64,000 nt of DNA from positions 42,160,001-42,224,000 of the forward strand of contig NC_043014.1 in NCBI RefSeq assembly GCF_006345805.1. Reading direction: 5' to 3'. Under the pieces are notes generated by a model. The model was not told the origin of the DNA, ran no database searches, and saw only the letters and a list, made by a program, of their open reading frames with translations. This stretch comes from Octopus sinensis (Eukaryota). Shown piece after piece: positions 12,986 to 25,260 of the stretch (positions are counted from its first letter, which is position 1; each line of letters begins with the position of its first letter). Position numbers and translations under genes: made by a program.

Positions 12986-13304
12986 AAAGTAATATATAAC
13001 GATTGGCTCGATCGAATTTTGACGAATGTCCCGAAGTACGATGACCTCTATGTCTTAAAGAGAAACTTCATATTAAATGCTACCTCACCCGATCTAATAC
13101 TAAACAAAATTAATGAATTTATTTCGACCTGACGTTATTTCTCATTAACTTCAAAAACATGACAAATGACAGCTGACATCAGTGGCCACGTAATTACTTA
13201 AATATGTAATTTAGACGATTGTTCATTTTTTTTTCTTTCTCGGGGAGTTGATGCGTTAGGTTGATGGAGGAAGCTGTGATTCAGATGTATAATCCGGATA
13301 TATG

Positions 13305-13785
13305 AATAATCACACGCGCATATATACGCACTGGCATGCATATACGCACACTAACACGTACATACGCACGGTGGCACTAACACGTGCGCGCACACACTCA
13401 TATTGACACTGACATGCACGTATAGACACGCATGTGCGAGAAAGTGAGAGAGAGCGTAAGAAACAGAGGGAACGAGAGAGAGATAAAGAATAAGAGAGTG
13501 TAAGACAGAGAGAGAGGGGAGTTGGGAAGAGAACGAGATAGAGACAGAATGCGGGAGACAGAGAACGAGAGACAGTAAGAGAAAGCAGAAGAGAGAGCGA
13601 GAGATATAGAGAGAGACAGTGGGAGAGAGACAGAGAGATAAAGAGGGAGAGAGCGTGAGAGAGAGAGAGAGATAGAAAGAGCGTGGGAGACAGAAAGAGA
13701 GGGCGAGAAATAAACGGAGGAGAGAGGAGAGAGAACGAGAGACAGAGATAGAATAGTAGAGCGAGCGAGAGGGAAAGAAAGTTAA
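13305..13785. repeat. Cryptic (CA) then (GA) low-complexity tract
   Basis: Degenerate dinucleotide runs directly upstream of the SINE-B head that hosts the LINE. Confidence 0.8.
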
Positions 13786-13790
13786 TGTTA

Positions 13791-13843
13791 GCAGAACCGT
13801 TAGCACGCCGGGTGAAATGCTCAGCGGTATTTCGTCTGCCGTA
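13791..13843 (+). mobile_element. 5' part of the SINE-B target, including the left TSD (13826-13843)
   Basis: GCAGAACCGTTAGCACGCCGGGTGAAATGCTCAGC-GGTATTTCGTCTGCCGTA; SINE sequence resumes at 19179. Confidence 0.85.
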
Positions 13844-13978
13844 CATGTGTTCGTGAAGTAAGAATTGCTGTTTCGTGGTGTTAATATTGTTAACAACTGT
13901 TGTTTCTTGTTAAACTGTTGAATAACTTAACTGTTGGAGTTTTCAATTGAAAACACTTAGTGCTTGTGGTAGCACGCG

Positions 13979-15525
13979 TTGTTCATTCCCCCTTTGGGGG
14001 GAAGAATGTCGTCTAGCATGGAGCCTACCGTTGGAGCAGAAATACTTGTTTCTCCTGTTGAGAGGAGGAAATACATGTCCGGCGAGGAGCCAACTACAGA
14101 CAAGGAAATAGGGGTTTCCCCCGCTACAAGAAGGAATAGCAGAGAGGATAATATATTTGATATTTTTGGAGATGTGTCTGAGAGCTCGTCAGAACTTTCA
14201 CCAGAAGAGTTTCCGACTTTGCCAGAGAACAAAGGCATTGTGTCGAAGAGAATAATTGATGTGCCTAGCATCCAGATAGAACCAAAAAATGGAAAAAAAA
14301 TTTTTGCGTTGGCTGCTGGGGGTGGAACCCAGATACTGTCGACGAATAAAAGCGAAATTATGAAATACAGCAAAATGATGGAAATAAATGACAACAGTGT
14401 GAAAATTGAACCTCCGCAAAAGTTATTACAGGAAGAAAAGCAAAAAACAATAATTTTCAAAACATATTGTCTACAAAATAGAAAAATTGAAAGAATGTCA
14501 GAAGAGAAAATAGAAAGTGCTTAAAGCCAATATTGGGCGACGTAGTATTTCTGAGAAGAGGAAAAAAATTCGGAACGGTGGAAGTAAGGTTCACCAATAA
14601 AGAAATAGCACACAAGAACTCAGTGGAAACGTTGAAAACGAACGACGTGGAGTTAATACCCTATTATATGGGGATGAGGACGTCGCGAATAAAAATTACA
14701 AGGGTCCGCCAGAGGTCGAACCTATGTGGTTGTTGGCGGCAGTCCTAATCAAAGAGGTAGAAAAAATTACTCTCCTCCAGGCTACCGCTAAGGAAAACCC
14801 ACGCTGGATGGTAAAACAATTAATCTTCTCATTCAAGCGGACCCTAAAATAATTCAACAATTCCTGAGACAATTGAGGTAGGGGAGGAGAACCTCGTGGT
14901 GTTTGTTGAGGGCCGAAAACCTCGATGTTTTTTATGTGGTCAATTAGGCCACATTCGAAGGAACTGCAAGGAAAATGAAGAAGAGGAGGAAGAGGAGAAA
15001 AAAGACAAGAGGAAGAAGATAAAGAAGAAACAGATGAGAAAAAACAACAAACAAAAGAAAAATACAACCAGCAACCCAGCCGAGAGCGGCGACTACTACA
15101 GAACAACGACCAAAAAAGACTGCCAGAAGAGAAAAAGAAGAAAAAGGCATAATAGCCGTATACACTAAAGATACTGAGCTCATGAGAGACATTCAACTCA
15201 TAAAGACTGTAAAAAAAATTGATAACCTTTCAGAGGATTTATCAATTACGACATATATGAAGTCTCAAATAAGACTTATAGAATTCTACAAAATAAGTAC
15301 AGAAAGACTGTATCTTCATTGAGATTAGATTTTAACAAGTCGATATTTCATGGATTACCAGCTCCGATCCCGCGAGAAAAGGAAAAGGTGGAGATTCCCC
15401 CTCCACCTGATAATTCTGTGTCGGTGGTGAGACGGGATTTTGACAAATCTATTTCCCAAGACCGTCCACCTCCGACCCTGGATAAAAAAAGGTGGAGGGT
15501 CCCCCTCCACCGGACAATCCTAATT
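13979..15525 (+). pseudogene. Tx1-like ORF1 (gag-like nucleic-acid-binding protein), frameshifted
   Basis: ORFs 13979-14524, 14533-14748 and 14896-15168 join across frameshifts; CFLCGQLGHIRRNC zinc knuckle; E/K-rich and Pro-rich C-terminus. Confidence 0.85.
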
Positions 15526-15538
15526 AAACAGGTAAGTG

Positions 15539-18500
15539 ATGGCTATTCACATTGGTTGTTTAAATGTTCATGGCCTGTTGTCAAGCTGGAAGCAAGGACG
15601 CTTTCTGAATGACATCAGGTCGAGAAATTTGGATGTAATTGTTGCAACGGAAACCCGGTGAAGGGGCCAAGAGATCTGCTCCCCCTCCTGAACGGCTACG
15701 AGAAATACGTTTCTCCGAGTCGGGCGGGAGGTGGGGGTGGGGTGTTGGTCCTACTAAAAAGAAACCGGGTAGCCGAGAAAAAGTTGGTTTTTTCTGACCC
15801 AGAAGGCAGGCTGGTCGTTCTCGACTTGACATTCAGTTGTGGCAAGACAATCAGGCTGGTCGCTATTTATGCACCAAACATTATTGGCCCGCAAACTGAA
15901 TATTTTCGTGGCCTAGGAAAGTTCCTAGCCACGTCGCATTCACTAGTAGTGTTAGGAGACTCTAACAATATGTGCAGCACACACAGATTGTGTTGGCTCA
16001 AACTCGAACATGAACAGAAAATGTAACACAGGCTTTCGGGATCTGCTAAGTCAATTTCAGCTAGCAGATCCATATAGGTTGGAGCACCCGAACACTCCAC
16101 AGTGGACGTGGTCAAATAGTGACGGGTCTACCAGAACATATCTAGATAGGATTTTAATTAGAGAAAAAGATAAGTCCATAGTTGAGTGTCCACAGTTTTT
16201 CTAGTCAGCTACAGTGACCACAAGATGGTTACCTGTAAACTGACGGTAGATAAGTTGCATAGACAGGGATCTGGCTACTGGAAACTCAATACGTCCCTTT
16301 TGGCGATTGAGGAGTACAGAAAGCGGATCAAGATGTTAATACAGAGGGCATTAACAGGTACCATCATTAATAACAAATGGTGGTACGCCCTAAAAAGAGC
16401 CATCAAATATGAGTCTATTAGGTTTAGCATAAGTTTAGCTAAGAAGGGACGTAAAATAGGAGATGGTCTAGTTAAGGAACTAGAAGAAGCCTGGAGGACT
16501 GGTAATACAGACCAAGCGAGGGTGAAAAGACTGGAGTTAAACCAGCATCTTGAAGCCCACCACATGGGAAGTATTACCAGAGCTAAGTTACGTGCAATGG
16601 GAAGTGAAGGAATCAAAGCCGCTGGATGGGCCCGAGTGGTGGAAGCTCGGCAAGGAAATAGTTCCTCTATTCGGTCTTTGACGAATCAAAATGGTGTCTT
16701 GATAAACGAACCCGAGAAAATGTGTGAGGTCTTTCGGAGTACTTCGCCCAGCTGTTCGGGGGTGACGGCGGTCCTGGTGGTGGGAGAGCCCTCGAGGACT
16801 TTCTTACCGGGCTGCCGTGCCTCTCGGGGTCGGATGCGGAGTCATGCGAAGGGCCAATCACACTTGAGGAGGTGATGGAGGCTTTGGCCGATTGTAAAGC
16901 GGGTAGTCACCGGGACTTGATGGTCTTCCGTACGAGCTGTATAAATGTATGCCAGACTTGTTCGGGCAACTACTGACTGACGTGTACGCGAACTGGAAAC
17001 AGAATGGGTTTATCCCCAGATCTGTGCGCCAGGGAGTAGTGACGTTGGTCAGAAAGGACCCGGACAAGGGGGACGTTCTAGAGAATTTCAGGCCCATCAC
17101 TCTGTTAAACGCAGAAGTGAAGATTTTGGCCACGGTTCTAGCAAAAAGGTTGGCGCGTGTCGCGAATGGTATAGTCGGGGAGGCACAGACATGTGCCATC
17201 CCAGGCAGAACCATTCAGGATACCCTCCATCTTATTCGCTATACCATAGAGAGGTTTGGTAATAAATCTGGCAAAGGTGGGGCATTGGTGCATTTGGACC
17301 AGTCTAAAGCTTTTGATAGGGTTGACCATCGATACCTAGCGACTGTACTTGCGCGGTTTGGCCTGGGCCTTGGCTTCCTCAGGTGGTTTATCGCTTTGTA
17401 CCACAACATTGACTCGATAGTTCGGGTGAACGGTTTCCTTTCGAAGCCGTTCTGCATCAGACGCTCGGTTCGTCAAGGATTCCGCTTCACCACTTTTGTA
17501 TGTGATGGCTCTCGAGCCATTACTGCAAAGGTTGAGTGGCATCCCGAGAGAACCAGGACTAGAGGAGTTTGTTACGGCTTTCGCGGATGATATCACTATC
17601 AGTGTAACCACAGTGGTACGCCTACGTGAAGTAGGTAAGACTATTGAGGCTTACGAGGAGGTAGCAGAGCAAAGATTAACCGGGAAAAGTCGGTCGGCTT
17701 GCAGCTCGGCACCTGGGTTGGCAAGTCGATGCCTCAGACAGTGTTGTTAGGCGCTGGACGGAGGGACCGTTAAGTTGCTGGGAGTCTGGTTTGGACCAGG
17801 CCTCCAGATAGAGAAGAACTGGACGGAGGTATTGAGCAGGGTGGCTGCAGTAGTCAAGACTTGGTCTTGGCGGTGGCTATCCCTGAAAGGGAGGGCGGAA
17901 GTGGCCAATGTGTTTATCGCATCGGTCATTACCTACCGCCTGACTGTCGTGCCCTGTCCGGATCCGTGGTTGATCAGGTTGGAGAGACAGCTCTTTCGCT
18001 TTTTGTGGAAGGGCAGGTCGCCACTTGTGAAACGCTCTGTCTGCTGTCAAAAGCCTTTAAATGGAGGTTTAGGGATGCCTTGGTTAATGATGCGCAGACA
18101 TGCGTTGAGGTTGAGGCACCTCTGGATTCTCCTGGATAGTGAACGGTGTGGTCTCCGCTGGCCAGACAATGTTCCCTGAGTTCAAGAGTTTTTGCGAACA
18201 GGAAGCCTGGTGTTCTCGTAGACCGAGGTCGAGTGAGTGGCATAAAGAGTGCCGTAAGGCCCTCTTGCTGTTCCGGCGCTCGGGCAACGCCAGCGGTGGG
18301 GGTTCCACACGGATTTTATATAGTGGGTTGGTAGAGTCTGAATGCGACGATGGCCTGGGGGTCGACTCTAGGTCTCGGATTTATTCAACTGGACAGCTTG
18401 TTTCATCGTACATTCGGGTTGAGAACGTTGGACAACTTCCAAAAGTCCTTAACCTGGCAATGCTACAGAGGTGCCTTGCCCGTTTGGGATAAGCTCGCAA

Positions 18501-18930
18501 GACATGGTAAACGTCAGTCGCCGACCTGTCCAAGATGCGGTGGGGACAGGGAAACCGTCCCTCACGCTATTGTTCAGTGTCCGGAGATAACTGAAATGTG
18601 GGCTTATGCTGAACATCTGTTGTCCGGCGAAGGAAGAGTACGGCTGTCGACTGAGTCAATTATAAAAATTGACCCACCGGGAGTTCTAACGAACGAAGGT
18701 AAGAATTGTTTTCTCACGGTTGTAGCAATAGCAAAAGAGGCTGTATGAATACTACTAGGATAAAAGGAATTAAGACAGGCAACTTTATCTCTGGTGACAA
18801 TTTACGATCCTTTTTTTCTTTTCATTTGAAAAGGAAACTGTGGCTGGAGAAGAGGTGTCTGTCAGAGTGTACGTTCCAAAAGAGATGGAAGTATGTTGCA
18901 CGAGTGTTGTGCGTGCAAGGAACCGTGTGA
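15539..18930 (+). pseudogene. Tx1-like ORF2: AP endonuclease - reverse transcriptase - zinc finger, disrupted
   Basis: APE: MAIHIGCLNVHG..ETR, IYAPN, LGDSN, YLDRIL, SDHKMV. RT: PGLDGLPYELY, FRPITLLNAEVKILA, LDQSKAFDRVDH, SVRQG, AFADDIT. C-terminus: CPRC...ETVPHAIVQC and a FQKRW end. Confidence 0.93.
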
Positions 18931-19178
18931 ATAGACGAGGAAAAAAAAAAAAAAGGAAAAATAAAAAGGTATCAGCGGTAGATCGGGGCTTGTGGGATCG
19001 GAGCGTAACTTGATCATCGCTTTATTTGTATTGTTTTTGTATTGTGTATTCCATTCGATTTTTATGTATTGTATTTTATTTTTGGTGTCACATTTATGTA
19101 AAATCATATCGATTCACTGATCCCATCAGTTGTACTGTCCATATCTATGTTTGGCCCCCGGTGGGCAATAAAGAAATT

Positions 19179-19708
19179 GGTATTTCGTCTGTCGTTACGT
19201 TGTGAGTTCAAATTCCGCCGAGGTCGACTTTGCCTTTCATCCTTTCGAGGTCGATTAAATAAGTACCAGTTATGCACTGGGGTCGATATAATCGACTTAA
19301 TCCGTTTGTATGTCCTTGTTTGTCCCCTCTATGTTTGGCCCCTTGTGGGTAGTAAAGAAATAGGTATTTAATCTGTCTTTATGTTCTGAGTTCAAATTCC
19401 GCCGAGGTCGACTTTGCCTTTCATCCTTTCGAGGTCAATTAAATAAATACCAGTTATGCACTGGGGTCCATGTAATCGACTTAATCCGTTCGTCCACTCT
19501 ATGTTTAGCCCCTTGTGGGTAGTAAAGAAATAGGTATTTAGTCTGTCTTTACGTTCTGAGTTCAAATTCCGCCGAGGTCGACTTTGCCTTTCATCCTTTC
19601 GGCGTCGATAAATTAAGTACCAGTTGCGTGCTGGGATCAAGCTAATCGACTCCCCCACCACTCCCCCAAAATTTCGGGCCTTGTGCTTAGAATAGAAAAT
19701 ATTATTTC
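19179..19708 (+). mobile_element. SINE-B array downstream of the LINE: two LINE-tailed units, then one unit with the other tail
   Basis: Units start with GGTATTT at 19179, ~19362 and ~19533; the last ends ...GGCCTTGTGCTTAGAATAGAAAATATT. Confidence 0.9.
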
Positions 19709-20031
19709 TGCGTCTTATCACCGTTTCCCCTTCCTCTTCCTCTGTAACGCCAAATTGACACAATTTTATTTGACACAATTACCTACTTTCTACTTTAAAA
19801 TTAACACTGTAAGAGTTACTTTTTCTCTGCAGTGAAAAATGGATCATCTCAACAAAGCAGATCTTTCTCTGTAGTGATAAATGGATCATCTCAACGCATT
19901 TTGTGTACGGAACGAATGGTAAATTGATTGACACCAAACTCGCTGCCCACAGCAGCGAATATTCCACCACAACGTTAACTGGCCATTCTCCGCGGCAACG
20001 CTATAGCTGTCGTTACCACGGGAGGCAGCTG

Positions 20032-20475
20032 GGATCTTTTCGGTTTGAATGGCAGTTTTTAACATAATTTCTAGGTAACTAAAAAATTTTAAACTTCGTA
20101 TACTGGTTGAATGTGTTTATAAAACATCTTTTTCTCTTGGCTTTATTGAGAAAATTCTATAGTTTGTAAGATATTTGTTGTTTTTTTTTTTCTTCAATTT
20201 CTGCAATTTCAACCAATCAACGACGTCTATTGAGGTAAAAAAACAACATTCTGTGCCGTATGAATATGTCCCTCGTTTAAGAAACAGATTGGGTTTATTT
20301 ACATTTGTGAAGAAAAAAAGATACCCTTCCCCCCACCCCTAACCCTAACTAACCTTAACTAACCCTAACCCTAAAACAGATTGAAATGCAATAGATCGAT
20401 TCTAGGGTTTTAATTATGGGTGACAATTTCATATGACACCGCTAGAAAAAACTGCCGTTCAAACCGAAAAGATCC
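20032..20475. mobile_element. MITE (same family as 7510-7919) with expanded internal CCCTAA-like repeats
   Basis: TIRs GGATCTTTTCGGTTTGAATGGCAGTTTTT / AAAAACTGCCGTTCAAACCGAAAAGATCC; CCCTAACCCTAACTAACCTTAACTAACCCTAACCCTAA at ~20336-20374. Confidence 0.88.
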
Positions 20476-21051
20476 AAATGTTATAATTTAAAATGCTATC
20501 TATTGCAGAACTGGCTGTAGAAATAAACCTCAGAGTTGATCTGATGGTTTTGAAACATAAGGTGACAGGCGAAAGATATAACTTACTGTGCGGTTATAAA
20601 CTGATATTGAACTAACGACGAATGCAAACATTTGAGTGTAAAGAGTAATGGCGTTATCTTTTTATTACATCTCAATTGCTACTCTTAGATGATAAAACTT
20701 ACGCCTGCAGTAATCAGCCAATCAAAACAAGCGTAAGTAAGTTCATACATCCATTTACTGATGTAGTATGGTTTCGTTAACCAATCGTCGAAAAGATTTG
20801 TGGAGCGTTTGTAGCCATATTGTTAGTATGACGAGAGTTAACGTAGTTTGGTTATAGGGAAAAATGAGCCCCACCCTGCAACTAAAAACGGAGACAATGT
20901 TTGCTCAAAAAAAAAATCAGATAATGAAATATAGTGAGCTGGAGATTGATGTATGGAGATTGGGTAGAAGGAAGGAAGGGAGACAAAATAGAAATTAATT
21001 AAAATATTCACATACTCTTTTGTTTTAATGTATAACTTATATTTTCGAATA

Positions 21052-21287
21052 ATCTATTTCTTTACTACCCACAAGGGGCTAAACACAGAGAGGACAAACA
21101 AGGACAGACAAACGGATTAAGTCGATTACATCGACTCCAGTGCGTAACTGGTACATAATTTATCGACCCCGAAAGGATGAAAAGCAAAGTCGACCTCGGC
21201 GCAATTTGAACACAGAAGGTAGCGGCAGACGAAATACGGCTACGCATTTCGCCCGGTGTGCTAACGTTTCTGCCAGCTCGCCGCCTA
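21052..21287 (-). mobile_element. SINE-B, full-length monomer with LINE-type tail
   Basis: Head GGCGGCGAGCTGGCAGAAACG to tail GTGGGTAGTAAAGAAATAG. Confidence 0.9.
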
Positions 21288-21356
21288 TCAATCCCTGAGC
21301 ATTTCTTGTGCCGATACATACATACATATACAAACATACATACACATATGTGTATA

Positions 21357-21387
<31 letters not shown>

Positions 21388-21477
21388 ATGTATGTATGTA
21401 TGTATGCATATATATATATATTATATATTATATATATATATATAATATATATATATATTATATATATATACTCTATA

Positions 21478-21872
21478 CTCTTTTACTTGTTTCAGTTATT
21501 TGACTGTGGCCATGCTGGAGCACCGCCTATAGTCGAGCAAATCGACCCCATGACTTATTCTTTGTAAGTCTAGTACTTATTCTAACGGTCTCCTTTGCCG
21601 AACCGCCAAGTTACGGGAGTGCAACACACCAGCATCAGTTGTCAAGCGATGTTGTGGGGTCAAACACAGACACACAAACGTATACACACACATATATGTA
21701 CATATATACGACGGGCTTCTTTCAGTTTCCGTCTACCAAATCCACTCACAAGGCTTTGGTCGGCCCGTGGCTATAGTAGAAGACACTTGCCCAAGGTGCC
21801 ACGCAGTGGGAATGAACCCAGAACCATGTGGTTGGTAAGCAAGCTACTTACCAGACAGCCACTCCCGCGCCT
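21478..21872 (-). mobile_element. SINE-A, full length
   Basis: All segments present, with an internal (CA)(TA) tract. Confidence 0.88.
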
Positions 21873-22233
21873 ATATATATATATGCGTGTGTGTGTGTGT
21901 GTGTGTATATATACCTGCTCACCTAGCCACGGGTGGCATCATTCGAAAGCAAAACCAATGCAAAGAACATTGTGGCCAGCGATGTGTAACCACATCCGAT
22001 AGTCTGATCGATACTGCGATCATGTGATATTAATACCGAAAGATAATGTTCTATATCCAACTTAATATGGATGACGTGTTAGAACACCGAATACTGCGTT
22101 GTTAGCCTTCAGTGACCCTTTCTTACAAGCGCTTGATGCATAAAAAGACACACAGTAATCATAGCAGACGAGAATCGTTTGCCAAGGGCGCCGGAATTCC
22201 CTATCATGTGATTTCATTCTATTGGAAACCATC

Positions 22234-22293
<60 letters not shown>

Positions 22294-22297
22294 CACA

Positions 22298-22593
22298 CAG
22301 TGGCGGACTGGTCAGGTTGCCAGGTTGCCCGATGGCGAGTGGGTCCCTGCATCATCAGAATCCATATATGGGGACCCATGTTAGTATGTAAGGGGCCCAT
22401 ACCCTCACGATTTGAGAATTTTTTATTCACTCCTGGAAGAATGCATTAAGTATTTCAGCCTGGCCGTTCGTAGTCAGTTGAAAAGAATACTTTTAACAAA
22501 ACAAAAACAAAAAATTATATGCTAGCTTTGTAGTTGCTGGTAGGCCTCCTTAGTCTCTTGGCAACCAATATTTTTAGACCCAGTCCGCCACTG
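22298..22593. mobile_element. hAT-like MITE
   Basis: TIR CAGTGGCGGACTGG / CCAGTCCGCCACTG; TSD obscured by flanking (CA)/(TG). Confidence 0.75.
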
Positions 22594-22627
22594 TGTGTGT
22601 GTGTGTGTATAGAGAGAGAGTTATGAC

Positions 22628-22800
22628 CGGGTCATAGAGTTACTCAGAGGTTTGCGTCCATAGAGCGCTTAGCTTTACATACGTCTTGTCTGATAGCCGG
22701 TGGCCTATAACCTCTCTTCAAAATAGAGGGAGAAAAGGCTATTAGGGTTTGACTAAGCGTCCATAAAGCTTTATGGACGCGAAACCCTACGAATGACCAT
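22628..22800. repeat. Small palindromic or MITE-like element
   Basis: Perfect 24-bp palindrome GCGTCCATAAAGCTTTATGGACGC (22757-22780) flanked by TAGGGTTT/AAACCCTA; a degenerate GCGTCCATAGAGC at ~22655. Confidence 0.5.
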
Positions 22801-23084
22801 AACTATGTTTCTCTAAATACCCTACTCTCTTTCGAATTTATGATTTTGTAAGCCTAGCACCTATTTTATCGATATCTTTTCCCGAACCGCTAAGTTGCAT
22901 AATCAAACCAACACCAGTGGTAGGTGACAGACACACACACGAGTCTAAAATAGAAGACACATCTTCAAGATGCCACACTGTGGAACTGAACTAGGAACGA
23001 TATGGTTGGAAAGTAACCTTCTTACCATATAACCATGCCTGCGCCTCTAAAGCCATACACACGCACAAACACATGTATATATGT

Positions 23085-23088
23085 ATGC

Positions 23089-23160
<72 letters not shown>

Positions 23161-23243
23161 GTAGGTAGATAGGTAGGTAGGTAGATAGATAGATAGATAG
23201 ATAGATAGATTGATAGATTGATAGATAGATAGATAGATAGATT

Positions 23244-23306
<63 letters not shown>

Positions 23307-23307
23307 T

Positions 23308-23378
<71 letters not shown>
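23085..23378. repeat. (GATA)n microsatellite
   Basis: About 290 bp of GATA with GGTA/TGAT interruptions. Confidence 0.95.
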
Positions 23379-23389
23379 GTGTGAACATG

Positions 23390-23426
<37 letters not shown>

Positions 23427-23608
23427 TTGTATACGACAGTTTTCTTTCAGTTTCCATCTACCAAATCCACTCACAAGGCTTTGGTCGAAACGAGGATATT
23501 GCAGAAGATATTTGCCCAAGGTCCCACGCAGTGGGACTGAACCCGGAACCATGTGACTCAGAAGCAAGCTTCTTTACCGCATAGCCAAACCTGCGCCAGA
23601 GAGAGAGA

Positions 23609-23644
<36 letters not shown>

Positions 23645-23674
23645 CACACACTCACACATTCACGAACACACACA

Positions 23675-23721
<47 letters not shown>

Positions 23722-24059
23722 ACACGTACACGTACACGCAAATAGATCGTCCCTTATTCTGCTTCCGTAATACGGCCAAGTGAAGATGTCTGGTCAGGTA
23801 ACGTGAGACATAAAGAAACCTATTGATGTTTTTCTTTTAATGAGACAAAGACCTACCTCCCATATGCCGTTATGTTTGGTGAGGAACGAAATAACATATT
23901 CAATGGCTATATAATATTTATAGTGTCACCTATCATCCATAAGCAAGCCTGGTCGCCTCCCATTGCACCTGCTTCCTTGCTGAAGGTGTGTCTGCTTCTC
24001 GGTGGACATGTGTGTGTGTTTGGGTTTACCTGTCAGTTTAGTCGTGCTTTGACGAATCT

Positions 24060-24067
24060 CTGTGTAC

Positions 24068-24098
<31 letters not shown>

Positions 24099-24687
24099 TG
24101 TGAGTGTGCGTGGTGTGTGTGAGTGTGTGTGTGTGTGTGAGTGTGTGTGTGTGCGCTGTATGTGTGTGTGCGCGCGCGTATGTGAGTGCGTGTGTATGTG
24201 AGTGCGTGCATGTGTGTGTGCGCTTCGCTGTGATCTTGTATGTTTCTGCGTTTGTGTGTATATGTGTGAGTGTGTGTGTGTGCTTGTGTGTGTATGTGTG
24301 TGCTTGTGTGTGCTTGTGTGTGTGTATGTGTGTGTGTGATTGTGTGTCTGTGTGATTGAGTGTCTGTGTATGTGTGCGTGTATGTGTGTGTGCGTCTGTG
24401 AGTGTGTATGCTTTTCTGTATGTGTGTGTTTCTGTATATGTATGTGTGCTTTTGGGTATATGTGCTTCAGTGCGGTGTGTGTTGGGTGTGTTGTGTATGT
24501 ATGTTTGTATTATATCTATGTGTTGTTGTATATATGTATGTATGATGTATGTATGTATGTATGTATGTATGTATGTTGTATGTATGTATGTATGTATGTA
24601 TGTATGTATGTATGTATGTATGTGTGTATGTATGTATGTATGTATGTGATGTATGTATGTATGTATGTATGTGTGTATGTATGTGTG

Positions 24688-24718
<31 letters not shown>

Positions 24719-25260
24719 TGTATGTATGTATGTATGTATGTATGTGTATGTATGTATGTAGGTATGTATGTATGTATGTATGTATGTATGTATGTGTGTT
24801 CTGTGAATTTACTAATGTTCCAATGTGGAAGCGCGCGCGAGTGTGTGTGTATTGGGCTGTTGAGTGTATATGTGTGTGCATGTTTATGTGTGTGTGTATA
24901 TGTGTGTGAATATGCTTCTTAGTGTATTTAATGTTTGGGTGAATTTCTCCATCTACGCGTGTATACGTGCGAGTTTTTGCGTGCGTGCGATTATGTGTAT
25001 GCATGTGCGCGCATATGTGTGCATATGTATACATGTATGTATATGTGTGTGTGTGTGTGTGTATATACATATGTATGTATGTACGTATGTATGTATGTAT
25101 GTATGTATGTATGTATGTATGTATGCATGTACGTATGTATGTATGTATGTATGTATGTATGTATGTATGTATGTATGTATGTATGTATGTATATATACAC
25201 ATATATCACATATATATATATATATGTGTGTGTGTGCGTGCGTGGGTGTGTAACACACAC
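24060..25260. repeat. 1.2-kb compound (TG)/(TATG) microsatellite
   Basis: Alternating degenerate (TG)n and (TATG)n blocks. Confidence 0.9.

Larger units (their letters stand above)
13844..19178 (+). mobile_element. Full-length L1/Tx1-clade non-LTR retrotransposon (inactivated by frameshifts and stops)
   Basis: 5' UTR, ORF1 with CCHC knuckle, ORF2 with APE + RT + C-terminal zinc motif, 3' UTR. Flanked by GGTATTTCGTCTGCCGTA (13826-13843) and GGTATTTCGTCTGTCGTTA (19179-19197). Confidence 0.93.

Noticed and set aside
13844-19178. Currently active autonomous LINE
   Set aside because: ORF1 and ORF2 both carry several frameshifts and in-frame stops. Some could be sequencing errors, but activity cannot be claimed.
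19779-19970. 63-aa ORF as a coding exon
   Set aside because: It contains a ~45-bp direct repeat and has no recognisable motif or matching downstream exon in the window.
20336-20374. Telomere or chromosome-fusion relic
   Set aside because: Short, degenerate and internal to a MITE that occurs twice in the window.
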